Shown here: in pieces, positions 38,846-45,919 of the stretch
Layout of the letters: every line of letters begins with the position of its first letter
Numbering within the stretch: the stretch's first letter is position 1
Assembly: GCA_013298995.1 (NCBI GenBank)
Contig: JAAFJW010000001.1
Span: 1,047-65,046, forward strand
Length of the DNA stretch: 64,000 bases
Origin: Sphingobacteriales bacterium
GTDB lineage: Bacteria; Bacteroidota; Bacteroidia; Sphingobacteriales; Sphingobacteriaceae
Direction: 5' to 3'
The notes under the pieces: generated by a model
What the model saw: the letters and a program-made list of their open reading frames with translations, nothing else
The model's database searches: none
What the model was told of the DNA's origin: nothing
Program-made: the position numbers and the translations under genes

Positions 38846-39055
38846 AAGAGAATTTTAAACAATAACCCTTCAATAGGCAAAAGTTTCCCAATTGGGGATG
38901 TAAATGCGTTAGCAAAAATTATTGAACATTATTTTAATAATCCTGTTGGCCTTATGGCAACAAAAACAAACGCTTACCAATTGGCTAAAAATCAATTAAA
39001 TTGGGAATACGAAAGCAAAAAGTTTATAAACACTATTAAACTTTGCATGAAATAA
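38846..39055 (+). pseudogene. 3' remnant of a GT4 glycosyltransferase gene (tail A)
   Basis: Open frame ...PSIGKSFPIGDVNALAKIIEHYFNNPVGLMATKTNAYQLAKNQLNWEYESKKFINTIKLCMK* without an N-terminal part. Homologous tails at 39215-39292, 43321-43395 and 44140-44340. Confidence 0.65.
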
Positions 39056-39116
39056 CTTTTCCTTAAACCTAATACATACATTAACTATAAACACTTGGTT
39101 TAAAATCACGTACCTT

Positions 39117-39210
39117 GTCACTCTGAACGAAGTGAAGAGTCTCAAAGAGCGTATGGTTAGACTTTTCACTTCGTTCAGAGTAACAAATCAGAGTGACAAA
39201 TCAGAATAGC
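39117..39210. repeat. Hairpin/13-mer element, copy 1 (solo)
   Basis: Arms GTCACTCTGAACGAAGTGAAGAGTC (39117-39141) and GACTTTTCACTTCGTTCAGAGTAAC (39160-39184). Followed by degenerate units AAATCAGAGTGACAAATCAGAATAGC. Confidence 0.85.
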
Positions 39211-39223
39211 AAGCAACCAAGCA

Positions 39224-39346
39224 AAAAATCAATTAAATTGGGAATGCGAAAGCAAAAAATTTATAAATACTATTAAATTTTGCATGAAATAACTTTTCCT
39301 TAAACCTAATACATACATTAACTATAAACACTTAGTTTAAAATCAC
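39224..39346. repeat. 123-bp direct duplicate of 38987-39109 (GT tail end plus 55 bp)
   Basis: Constant offset of 237 bp with a handful of substitutions. The two copies bracket hairpin copy 1. Confidence 0.85.
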
Positions 39347-39429
39347 TAAACTAAATTTTACTTCTATATTTAAAATGAAATTAACCATTTTAAATATGTT
39401 ATTTTTGAAATATAAAAATGTAAAACGAA

Positions 39430-39663
39430 ATGACTAGCACCCTCCTTCAAAACCAAATCATAAACTTACTGCCATTGGTAGAAAACAAAAAAATATTAAA
39501 AGCAGTGCATACTATTTTGGAGCAAGAAGCTAAGCCTCACAGCCTCACACAAGCCCAAATGGATGAACTCGACCGCAGAGAAGCGTCTTATCTTCGAGGC
39601 GAAGGCAAGAGTTATACTTGGGAAGAGGTACAAAATAATATTCTAAATAAAAAGCGAGAATAA
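39430..39663 (+). CDS. Putative addiction-module antitoxin
   Basis: 77 aa. ...LTQAQMDELDRREASYLRGEGKSYTWEEV is typical of the small 'addiction module component' antitoxins that precede ParE/RelE. Confidence 0.6.
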   Translation: MTSTLLQNQIINLLPLVENKKILKAVHTILEQEAKPHSLTQAQMDELDRREASYLRGEGKSYTWEEVQNNILNKKRE

Positions 39664-39665
39664 TT

Positions 39666-39959
39666 ATGTACAATGTAGAACTAAGTGATGAAGCACAGTT
39701 TGACCTTGATGAAGCCTACATTTGGTACGAGTTACAACAAGTAGGTTTAGGAAAAAGACTTGTTTTGTTGGTTCGTGATTATATGCAAATATTAAAAGCA
39801 ACACCCGAGCAGTTCCCAACCATTCATAAAAACAAGCGAGCAGTATATATCAAGGATTTTCCTTATCAAATTATTTTTACAATTTACGCAGATGTAGTTG
39901 TAGTTTTTTCAATATTTCACACCAAACGCAACCCTAAAGTTTGGAAAAAGCGAACTTAA
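39666..39959 (+). CDS. ParE/RelE-family type II toxin
   Basis: 97 aa. ...DLDEAYIWYE...FPYQIIFTIYADVVVVFSIFHTKRNP is typical of the family. Lies 3 bp after the antitoxin. Confidence 0.75.
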   Translation: MYNVELSDEAQFDLDEAYIWYELQQVGLGKRLVLLVRDYMQILKATPEQFPTIHKNKRAVYIKDFPYQIIFTIYADVVVVFSIFHTKRNPKVWKKRT

Positions 39960-40099
39960 ATTTCCATGAGTATATCTAAATCTGAAATGGCTATAAACGA
40001 AACCAAGTAAGCAGAAATACTCGGTTCAATACAAATAATAATATCTTAGGTTTTTCTTTAGCACTCCATAAGGCGAATAAAAATTATGAATAAGCTTGA

Positions 40100-40400
40100 T
40101 TCCATAAATCCATAAGTTACAAAAGTATCCACTCTTATAGGCTCGGCACAAGGCTTTGTGGCCAAAGCCGTAAACAAAGGCATGGTGTTGCTGTATTGGA
40201 ATATTGGCTAAACCATACAATACGAAATCATACAAAGCGAGCGAGCCGAATACGGCAAATGAATTGTGCAGACACTGTCTGCACAATTGATAATAGATTT
40301 TGGTAAAGGATATAATTATCGCACCCTATATAGAATGGTGCGTTTTTATGAAACATTCCCAGATTTCCAAACAGTGACGACACTGCTGTCACAATTCAGT
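40100..40400 (+). pseudogene. YhcG/DUF1016 N-terminal fragment with in-frame stops
   Basis: Reads ...AKAVNKGMVLLYWNIG*TIQYEIIQSERAEYGK*IVQTLSAQLIIDFGKGYNYRTLYRMVRFYETFPDFQTVTTLLSQFS. This parallels residues about 20-105 of the intact copy at 24162. The track ORF 40026..40286(-) is antisense noise. Confidence 0.7.
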
Positions 40401-40417
40401 ACAAAATAACTCGATAC

Positions 40418-40438
40418 TATGGTTCGCTTTGTTGCAAA
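40418..40438 (+). repeat. Isolated copy of the 21-bp core TATGGTTCGCTTTGTT(G/A)CAAA
   Basis: Preceded by ACAAAATAACTCGATAC, which matches the spacer of the downstream array. Begins where YhcG homology ends. Confidence 0.8.
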
Positions 40439-40482
40439 GTGCTTACATTTACATAGTTTAAATGATATAATCTAACATATAT

Positions 40483-40863
40483 ATGGGCTTAGTAAAAACT
40501 AACATCAAACTTTCAAATCCTAGATTTCCAGAGATGAATGCCATAGAAGTGGTAAGTTTAGTAGATACTGGTGCTTTGCACCTTTGCATTACCGAAACGC
40601 AATGTATTCAACTTAAGCTAGAAACCGCAGAAAAGCGCCCTGTAACTTTGGCGGATGGTTCTACACAAATTATACCTTATGTTGGCCCTATAAAAGTAGA
40701 TTGGAAGGGCAGGATAAGCTACACAGGTGCGATGGTTTTGGGCAACCAATGTTTATTGGGAGCAATACCAATGGAGGATATGGATGTTTTGGTGCATCCA
40801 GCCCTACAAATTGTAATTGCTAACCCACTACATCCTAATATACCAGCTTCGGTGGCGTATTAA
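40483..40863 (+). CDS. Retropepsin-like (clan AA) aspartic protease, copy 2
   Basis: 126 aa. LVDTGALHLCI and LLGAIPMEDMDVLVHP. Paralog of 19733..20152. Confidence 0.7.
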   Translation: MGLVKTNIKLSNPRFPEMNAIEVVSLVDTGALHLCITETQCIQLKLETAEKRPVTLADGSTQIIPYVGPIKVDWKGRISYTGAMVLGNQCLLGAIPMEDMDVLVHPALQIVIANPLHPNIPASVAY

Positions 40864-40881
40864 GATAAATTTCATACAAAA

Positions 40882-41001
40882 TATGGTTCGCTTTGTTACA
40901 AATAATCACTAAAATATGGTTCGCTTTGTTACAAAATAACTCCATATTATGGTTCGCTTTGTTACAAAAAAACACAAAATTATGGTTCGCTTTGTTACAA
41001 A
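40882..41001 (+). repeat. Four tandem 33-bp units (21-bp conserved core + 12-bp variable spacer)
   Basis: Cores start at 40882, 40915, 40948 and 40981, a period of exactly 33. The core is TATGGTTCGCTTTGTTACAAA. Confidence 0.9.
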
Positions 41002-41005
41002 TTTT

Positions 41006-41013
41006 TATATTTG
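41006..41013 (+). promoter_or_regulatory. Bacteroidota -7 box (TATATTTG) in the palindrome TTACAAAT-N6-ATTTGTAA
   Basis: 29 bp upstream of ATG 41042. Confidence 0.4.
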
Positions 41014-41041
41014 TAAAGTTAAATTTAATTAATGCAAAGCA

Positions 41042-42382
41042 ATGTATTATAGAAAAATAATTACTGAACTTTTATTATGGAAAGATAAAATAAATCGTAA
41101 ACCATTGATTTTGAGAGGTGCAAGGCAAGTTGGCAAAACTACTATAGTTAATCATTTTGCTACTTACTACAATCAATTTATAAACTTAAATTTAGAAAAA
41201 ATTACTGATGCCCAATTATTCTTAAATTATACTACAATTGATGGCTTAATTAAGAGTATATTTTTTTTACATAATGCCAATCTAGACAAAAAAGAAAACA
41301 CCTTAATTTTTATAGACGAAATTCAAGAAGTACCCTATGCTATTAATTTGCTTCGCTATTTTTATGAAGATTTTCCACAGATACACGTCATTGCTGCTGG
41401 TTCGCTTTTAGAAACGATACTTACCGAAAATATTAATATTCCAGTAGGTAGAGTAGAATTTTTGGTACTACGCCCAGTAAGTTTTAGCGAATTTTTGGGT
41501 GCAATGTCCGAAAAACAATCATTAGAATTAATTAAGAGCCATGAAGTACCTGATTATGCTCACGACAAATTGATGACATTATTTCACACCTATACACTGA
41601 TAGGTGGTATGCCCGAAATTGTAAAATCTTACGCAGCGGATAAAAATTTAACTTCGCTTAAAAAAATATACGATTCGCTTTTAATTGCTTACCAAAACGA
41701 TTTTGAAAAATATGCCAAAAATAGCACACAGGTACAAGTATTGCGTCATGTTATCAAATCAATAGGTACAGAAACAGGCAATAGAATAAAATTTGAGCGT
41801 TTTGGAAACTCAAACTATGGTAGCCGAGAAGTGGGAGAGGCTCTTCGCACCCTCGAAAAAGCCATGTTGATACAACTGATATACCCAAGTATTAGCACCA
41901 AATATCCTATACAAACGGATTATAAAAAATCGCCAAAACTTCATTTTTTAGATACAGGCTTGTTTAACAAACTAGCAGGGATTCAAAAAGAATTAGTAAG
42001 AAGTTTAAATGTAGAAAGCGTACACCAAGGCAAAGTGGCCGAACACATTGTGGGGCAGGAATTGCTTACTACTAGCTTTTCGCCTTTGCATGAACTCAAA
42101 TTTTGGACCCGAGAAAACAAAGATGCCAACGCTGAGGTAGATTATTTATATGAATATGAGGAAATGCTTTTTCCTGTAGAAGTAAAATTAGGTGCTGCTG
42201 GCAGATTGCGTTCGTTACATAGTTTTATAGATACGGCAGCGCATAACATTGGTATAAGAGTATCTTCAAACCATTTTAGTGTAGAAAATATAAAAACCAT
42301 TGCAGGAAAACCAGCAAAACTGATAAATTTACCTTTTTATTTGCTTGATGCTTTGGATAAAATTTTAAACGTTCATGTATAA
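41042..42382 (+). CDS. AAA-family ATPase with DUF4143-like C-terminal domain (copy 2)
   Basis: 446 aa. Walker A GARQVGKTT, Walker B LIFIDEIQ. The C-terminal EVDYLYE...FPVEVK is a nuclease-like tail. Confidence 0.8.
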   Translation: MYYRKIITELLLWKDKINRKPLILRGARQVGKTTIVNHFATYYNQFINLNLEKITDAQLFLNYTTIDGLIKSIFFLHNANLDKKENTLIFIDEIQEVPYAINLLRYFYEDFPQIHVIAAGSLLETILTENINIPVGRVEFLVLRPVSFSEFLGAMSEKQSLELIKSHEVPDYAHDKLMTLFHTYTLIGGMPEIVKSYAADKNLTSLKKIYDSLLIAYQNDFEKYAKNSTQVQVLRHVIKSIGTETGNRIKFERFGNSNYGSREVGEALRTLEKAMLIQLIYPSISTKYPIQTDYKKSPKLHFLDTGLFNKLAGIQKELVRSLNVESVHQGKVAEHIVGQELLTTSFSPLHELKFWTRENKDANAEVDYLYEYEEMLFPVEVKLGAAGRLRSLHSFIDTAAHNIGIRVSSNHFSVENIKTIAGKPAKLINLPFYLLDALDKILNVHV

Positions 42383-42737
42383 ATGCTTTATAATCAAGTA
42401 ATAAATGCAACACGGAAAAATCTAAGAAAGCAGGGGAAAAACTGAACATAAAAGCCGAATTTTTTCCCTGCTTGTGGTGATAAGAAAACCTCATATCTTT
42501 AGGTTACAACACTCAATAAAATACGAAACACTTAACATTAGAACAAAAGTATAAAATTACGGTACTTAAATCCGAAAATTATACACAATCAAAAATTGCT
42601 TATTAATTGAAATTATAAACGCTGTACCATCAATAAATACATGCTTACACCGCTAACAGATTTTAATCAGTTTAATGATATGTTAGATTTTTGGCTTTGC
42701 CTGAATAGTTTTTAAGCTTTTTTTAACGAGTAACCTT

Positions 42738-42824
42738 TTCACTCTGAACGCTGCCTGCCACTCTGAACGAAGTGAAGAGTCTCAAAGAGCGTATGGTTAG
42801 ACTCTTCACTTCGTTCAGAGTGAC
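42738..42824. repeat. Hairpin/13-mer element, copy 2 (left part of the occupied site)
   Basis: TTCACTCTGAACG-CTGCCTG-CCACTCTGAACGAAGTGAAGAGTC, loop, GACTCTTCACTTCGTTCAGAGTGAC. Confidence 0.9.
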
Positions 42825-42901
42825 AAAGGGTATTCGGCATGTAAAAAAGGCGTTTATTCATCGGTTTACCCAAAAAACTTATTTTAAAAACATTTACCGT
42901 T

Positions 42902-43201
42902 ATGAGAGAACATAATTACTTTGTTTACATCATCACAAACAAAAATAAAACGGTACTTTACACTGGCGTAACCAATAATTTAAAACGACGCCTATACGAG
43001 CATGAACATGGTATAGCAGACTCTAGCAATACATTTACAGGTAGGTACAATGTACATTATTTGCTATATTTTGAACATTATCAATACATATTAGACGCAA
43101 TAGCCCGTGAAAAACAAATAAAAGGTTGGACAAGAGCCAAAAAAGAAAAAATAATTTCGGATTTTAACCCTAATTGGGATTTTTTAAACGAAGAGATTTA
43201 G
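42902..43201 (+). CDS. GIY-YIG domain protein (small stand-alone nuclease-like)
   Basis: 99 aa. YFVYIITNKNKTVLYTGVTNNLKRRLYEHEHG (GIY...YTG, R, E motifs) and ...REKQIKGWTRAKKEKII. The TAG stop overlaps the repeat. Confidence 0.85.
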   Translation: MREHNYFVYIITNKNKTVLYTGVTNNLKRRLYEHEHGIADSSNTFTGRYNVHYLLYFEHYQYILDAIAREKQIKGWTRAKKEKIISDFNPNWDFLNEEI

Positions 43202-43281
43202 ACTCTTCACTGCGTTCAGAGTGACAAGAGGGCGTTCAGAGTGACAGGCAGCGTTCAGAGTGAAAAGGGCATTCAAAGTAA
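43201..43281. repeat. Second copy of the hairpin right arm plus an array of CGTTCAGAGTGA units
   Basis: GACTCTTCACTGCGTTCAGAGTGAC, then units at 43233-43245 and 43252-43264, and a degenerate CATTCAAAGTAA. Confidence 0.9.
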
Positions 43282-43320
43282 TAAAAGGTATCAAATAAAA
43301 ACAAAACCTGTTTATATATT

Positions 43321-43395
43321 TTAGCTAAAAATCAATTAAACCGAGAAAAAGAAATCGAGAAATTTATAGGGATTGTTAAATTGTATATTCAATAG
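43321..43395 (+). pseudogene. GT4 tail remnant (tail B, last 24 codons)
   Basis: LAKNQLNREKEIEKFIGIVKLYIQ*, compared with LAKNQLNWEYESKKFINTIKLCMK* at 38981-39055. Confidence 0.6.
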
Positions 43396-43444
43396 CCATT
43401 TTTAAAAGTTTAATTAATACATTTGAATAAGAAATTTTACAGCC

Positions 43445-43672
43445 ATGGTATCAAACAAACCAACAAAACTAAATACGGTACAATTACATTTGCTGAAAAT
43501 GTTTGAGAAAAATACCAATGATAATGATTTAAGTGAAATAAAAGTATTATTATCTAATTATTACGCAAAAAAAGTAGATGCAGAATCTGATAAAATTTGG
43601 AGCGAAAAAGATTTGAATGAAGCAGATATAGAAAAATTATTGCATACACATATCCGTACTAAATACAAATAA
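43445..43672 (+). CDS. Putative antitoxin of the downstream PIN protein
   Basis: 75 aa, helical and acidic. The stop is adjacent to or overlaps the PIN frame. Call by position. Confidence 0.4.
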   Translation: MVSNKPTKLNTVQLHLLKMFEKNTNDNDLSEIKVLLSNYYAKKVDAESDKIWSEKDLNEADIEKLLHTHIRTKYK

Positions 43673-43698
43673 GGGTATTAATTGATACCAATGTTTTA

Positions 43699-44076
43699 TT
43701 GGCTATTTTACCGAAGAAATCGAAAGAAAGGTGGTTGTTTGATAAGCTACGAAGCCATCAGTTAACCCTAATTTTATCAAACGAGATTATTGAAGAATAT
43801 GATGAAAAAATATCTTGGTTCTATTCAGCTTATCTTTTGGAGTTAGTGCTAGAAGAAATTTTAAATTTACCTTTAACCGAGTGTTTTGAAGCCTATTTTA
43901 AATGGCAACTTATTTTTACCGACCCAGATGATAATAAATTTGTAGATGTAGCAATTTCATCAAATGCAGATTACATTATCACTAATGATAAACATTTTAA
44001 AGAATTGGATAAAATCGAATTCCCAAAAGTAAATCACATCACGTTAAATAATTTCAAAAATTTATTTGCAAATTAA
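43699..44076 (+). CDS. PIN-domain toxin (TIGR00305-like), start codon unclear
   Basis: ...FTDPDDNKFVDVAISSNADYIITNDKHF is typical. The conserved N-terminal RVLIDTNVLLAIL lies in frame upstream of the first canonical start (TTG 43699), back to a stop at 43660, with no ATG/GTG/TTG. Confidence 0.65.
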   Translation: MAILPKKSKERWLFDKLRSHQLTLILSNEIIEEYDEKISWFYSAYLLELVLEEILNLPLTECFEAYFKWQLIFTDPDDNKFVDVAISSNADYIITNDKHFKELDKIEFPKVNHITLNNFKNLFAN

Positions 44077-44139
44077 AAATACGTGATTGGTTTTAAAATT
44101 TTGCTCAAAAATAGTTTTTTGCAAGTATTCTTTGGTTAG

Positions 44140-44340
44140 TAAGAGTGCTCCAATTGGAGATGTAAATACGCTTTCAAATAATATTAAATATTATTTGAAC
44201 AGCCCTGCTGGGTTGCTAAAAACAAAAATTGCGACAAGCAACTTAGCTAAAAATGAGTTAAACAGGAAACCCGAAAGCAAAAAGTTTCTAAGTATGATAA
44301 ACGGCATTACGAGTAACCCTGCTACACTGATTTGTTACTC
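44140..44340 (+). pseudogene. GT4 tail remnant (tail C)
   Basis: ...SAPIGDVNTLSNNIKYYLNSPAGLLKTKIATSNLAKNELNRKPESKKFLSMING... runs without its own stop into hairpin copy 3. It is part of the track ORF 44087..44356. Confidence 0.55.
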
Positions 44341-44473
44341 TGGTTTGTCACTCTGAACGAAGTGAAGAGTCTCATAAGAGCGTATGGTTAGACTCTTCAC
44401 TTCGTTCAGAGTGACAAGGGGGCGTTCAGAGTGACAGGCAGCGTTCAGAGTAACAAGGAGCGTTCAGAGTTAC
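44325..44473. repeat. Hairpin/13-mer element, copy 3 (unoccupied site)
   Basis: Inverse units TGATTTGTTACTCTGGTTT, then hairpin 44347-44415. Units CGTTCAGAGTGAC (44423), CGTTCAGAGTAAC (44442) and CGTTCAGAGTTAC (44461) follow. Confidence 0.9.
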
Positions 44474-44531
44474 AATAAAACAATCAGCGTTACAAAAAGC
44501 ATCAAATAAAAGCATAAATAAAAGCCAATAA

Positions 44532-45833
44532 TTGAAAACCGTACTCATTATTTCCCCTTACTTCCCGCCCAGCAACGCAGCCGATATGCAACGCATACGT
44601 ATGAGTTTGCCTTTTTTTAAAGATTTTGGATGGCAAGCCGAGCTTGTTATTGTAACCCAGCAACAGTCTGATATAAATAAAGATGCTTTACTGCTACAAT
44701 CAATCCCAAACAATATTAAAATACACACGGTAAAAGCTTTTTCCAAAAAATATACCTCAAAGTTAGGTTTAGGCAGTTTAGCCTTGCGTAGTTTATGGTT
44801 TTACAAACAAAAAGTAAACAAGCTATTAAATACAAAAAAATACGATTTAATTTATTTTTCTACTACACAGTTTCCTGTTTGTATTTTGGGGCCTTACTGG
44901 AAAAATAAATTTAATATCCCTTACGTAATTGATATGCAAGACCCTTGGCATTCGGATTACTACCAAAACAAACCTAAAAACGAACAGCCACCCAAATATT
45001 GGTTTAGCTACCGTTTAAATAAGTATTTAGAACCCATTGCCATGAAAGCCGTTGATGGCTTAATAAGTGTTTCGGATGCTTATATCCAAACTTTACAACA
45101 CAGGTATGCAAACACCAAAAATATTCCCACAGCAACCATAACCTTTGGCGCATTTGCTAAAGATTTTGAAATTGCTACCCAAAATCAAGCACTTGCACCA
45201 TCGGTAATTAAACAAAATAAAACCAAGTTAAATATGGCTTACATTGGCCGTGGCGGTGCCGATATGCAGCCAGCGGCTATTTTGCTTTTTAAATCTTTTA
45301 AGGTAGGATTAGCAAATTATCCCGAAGTGTTTAACCGATTTAAAATTTACTTTTTAGGTACCAGCTACGCACCAGCTGGGCAAGGTAAACCCAGCATACA
45401 GCCTATAGCTAATGAAATGGGTTTAGCAAACTATGTATCCGAGCAAACCGATAGAATAGCTTTTTATCAAACCCTAAACACTTTAAAAACTGCAGATGTG
45501 CTATTTATACCTGGCTCGGACGATCCGCAATATACAGCCTCAAAAATATACCCTTACTTAATGGCACAAAAGGCATTGATAAGCATTTTTAACCAAAATA
45601 GTAGTGCAACAAAAATTATTGAAGAATGTGAGGTAGGTTTAGCCTTAACTTTTGATATGGCCGAAGAAATTATTACAGAAAAAATTATCAACTATTTATT
45701 GGCTGTGGCCGATGGTAGCGTAATAATCAACCCTCCTAAAGCTAAAATATTTGAAAACTATTCGGCCAAAAACATGACTAAGTTGCAAGTTGAATTATTT
45801 AACAAAGTTTTGGTTTGCCAACGCAAGCCATAA
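44532..45833 (+). CDS. Putative GT-B glycosyltransferase
   Basis: 433 aa, TTG start with no ATG nearby. The N-terminus KTVLIISPYFPPSNAADMQRIR is typical of GT4-like EPS enzymes. Confidence 0.45.
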   Translation: MKTVLIISPYFPPSNAADMQRIRMSLPFFKDFGWQAELVIVTQQQSDINKDALLLQSIPNNIKIHTVKAFSKKYTSKLGLGSLALRSLWFYKQKVNKLLNTKKYDLIYFSTTQFPVCILGPYWKNKFNIPYVIDMQDPWHSDYYQNKPKNEQPPKYWFSYRLNKYLEPIAMKAVDGLISVSDAYIQTLQHRYANTKNIPTATITFGAFAKDFEIATQNQALAPSVIKQNKTKLNMAYIGRGGADMQPAAILLFKSFKVGLANYPEVFNRFKIYFLGTSYAPAGQGKPSIQPIANEMGLANYVSEQTDRIAFYQTLNTLKTADVLFIPGSDDPQYTASKIYPYLMAQKALISIFNQNSSATKIIEECEVGLALTFDMAEEIITEKIINYLLAVADGSVIINPPKAKIFENYSAKNMTKLQVELFNKVLVCQRKP

Positions 45834-45874
45834 AGCAAATGTTAAGTTTTAAACAAAAATCACACAATAACTGC

Positions 45875-45882
45875 TATATTTG
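45875..45882 (+). promoter_or_regulatory. Bacteroidota -7 box (TATATTTG) within ATCACACAA...TTTGTGAT
   Basis: About 38 bp upstream of ATG 45920. Confidence 0.4.
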
Positions 45883-45919
45883 TGATAAAAATCACAGTTT
45901 AAACACTTAATATGTGAAA

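Noticed and set aside
40026-40286. 86-aa minus-strand ORF.
   Set aside because: It lies antisense to the recognisable YhcG/DUF1016 pseudogene and has no features of its own.
40882-41001. Possible mini-CRISPR (21-bp conserved core + 12-bp variable spacers).
   Set aside because: The repeats and spacers are far too short and there are only four units. The 'spacers' are related to each other. No cas genes are present.
42276-42494. 72-aa minus-strand ORF overlapping the end of ATPase copy 2; a 12-bp-stem hairpin at 42429-42472.
   Set aside because: The ORF overlaps a solid gene in antisense. The hairpin lacks a T-run on either strand, so I do not call it a terminator.
39117-44473. Hairpin elements as integron attC sites, making the region a CALIN-like cassette array.
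   Set aside because: The arms do end in ...CTGAAC / GTTCAG..., which is superficially like attC core sites. However, the 4th position violates RYYYAAC/GTTRRRY. The elements carry multiple tandem 13-mers unlike attC, and no integron integrase or attI is visible. I keep it only as a loose analogy.
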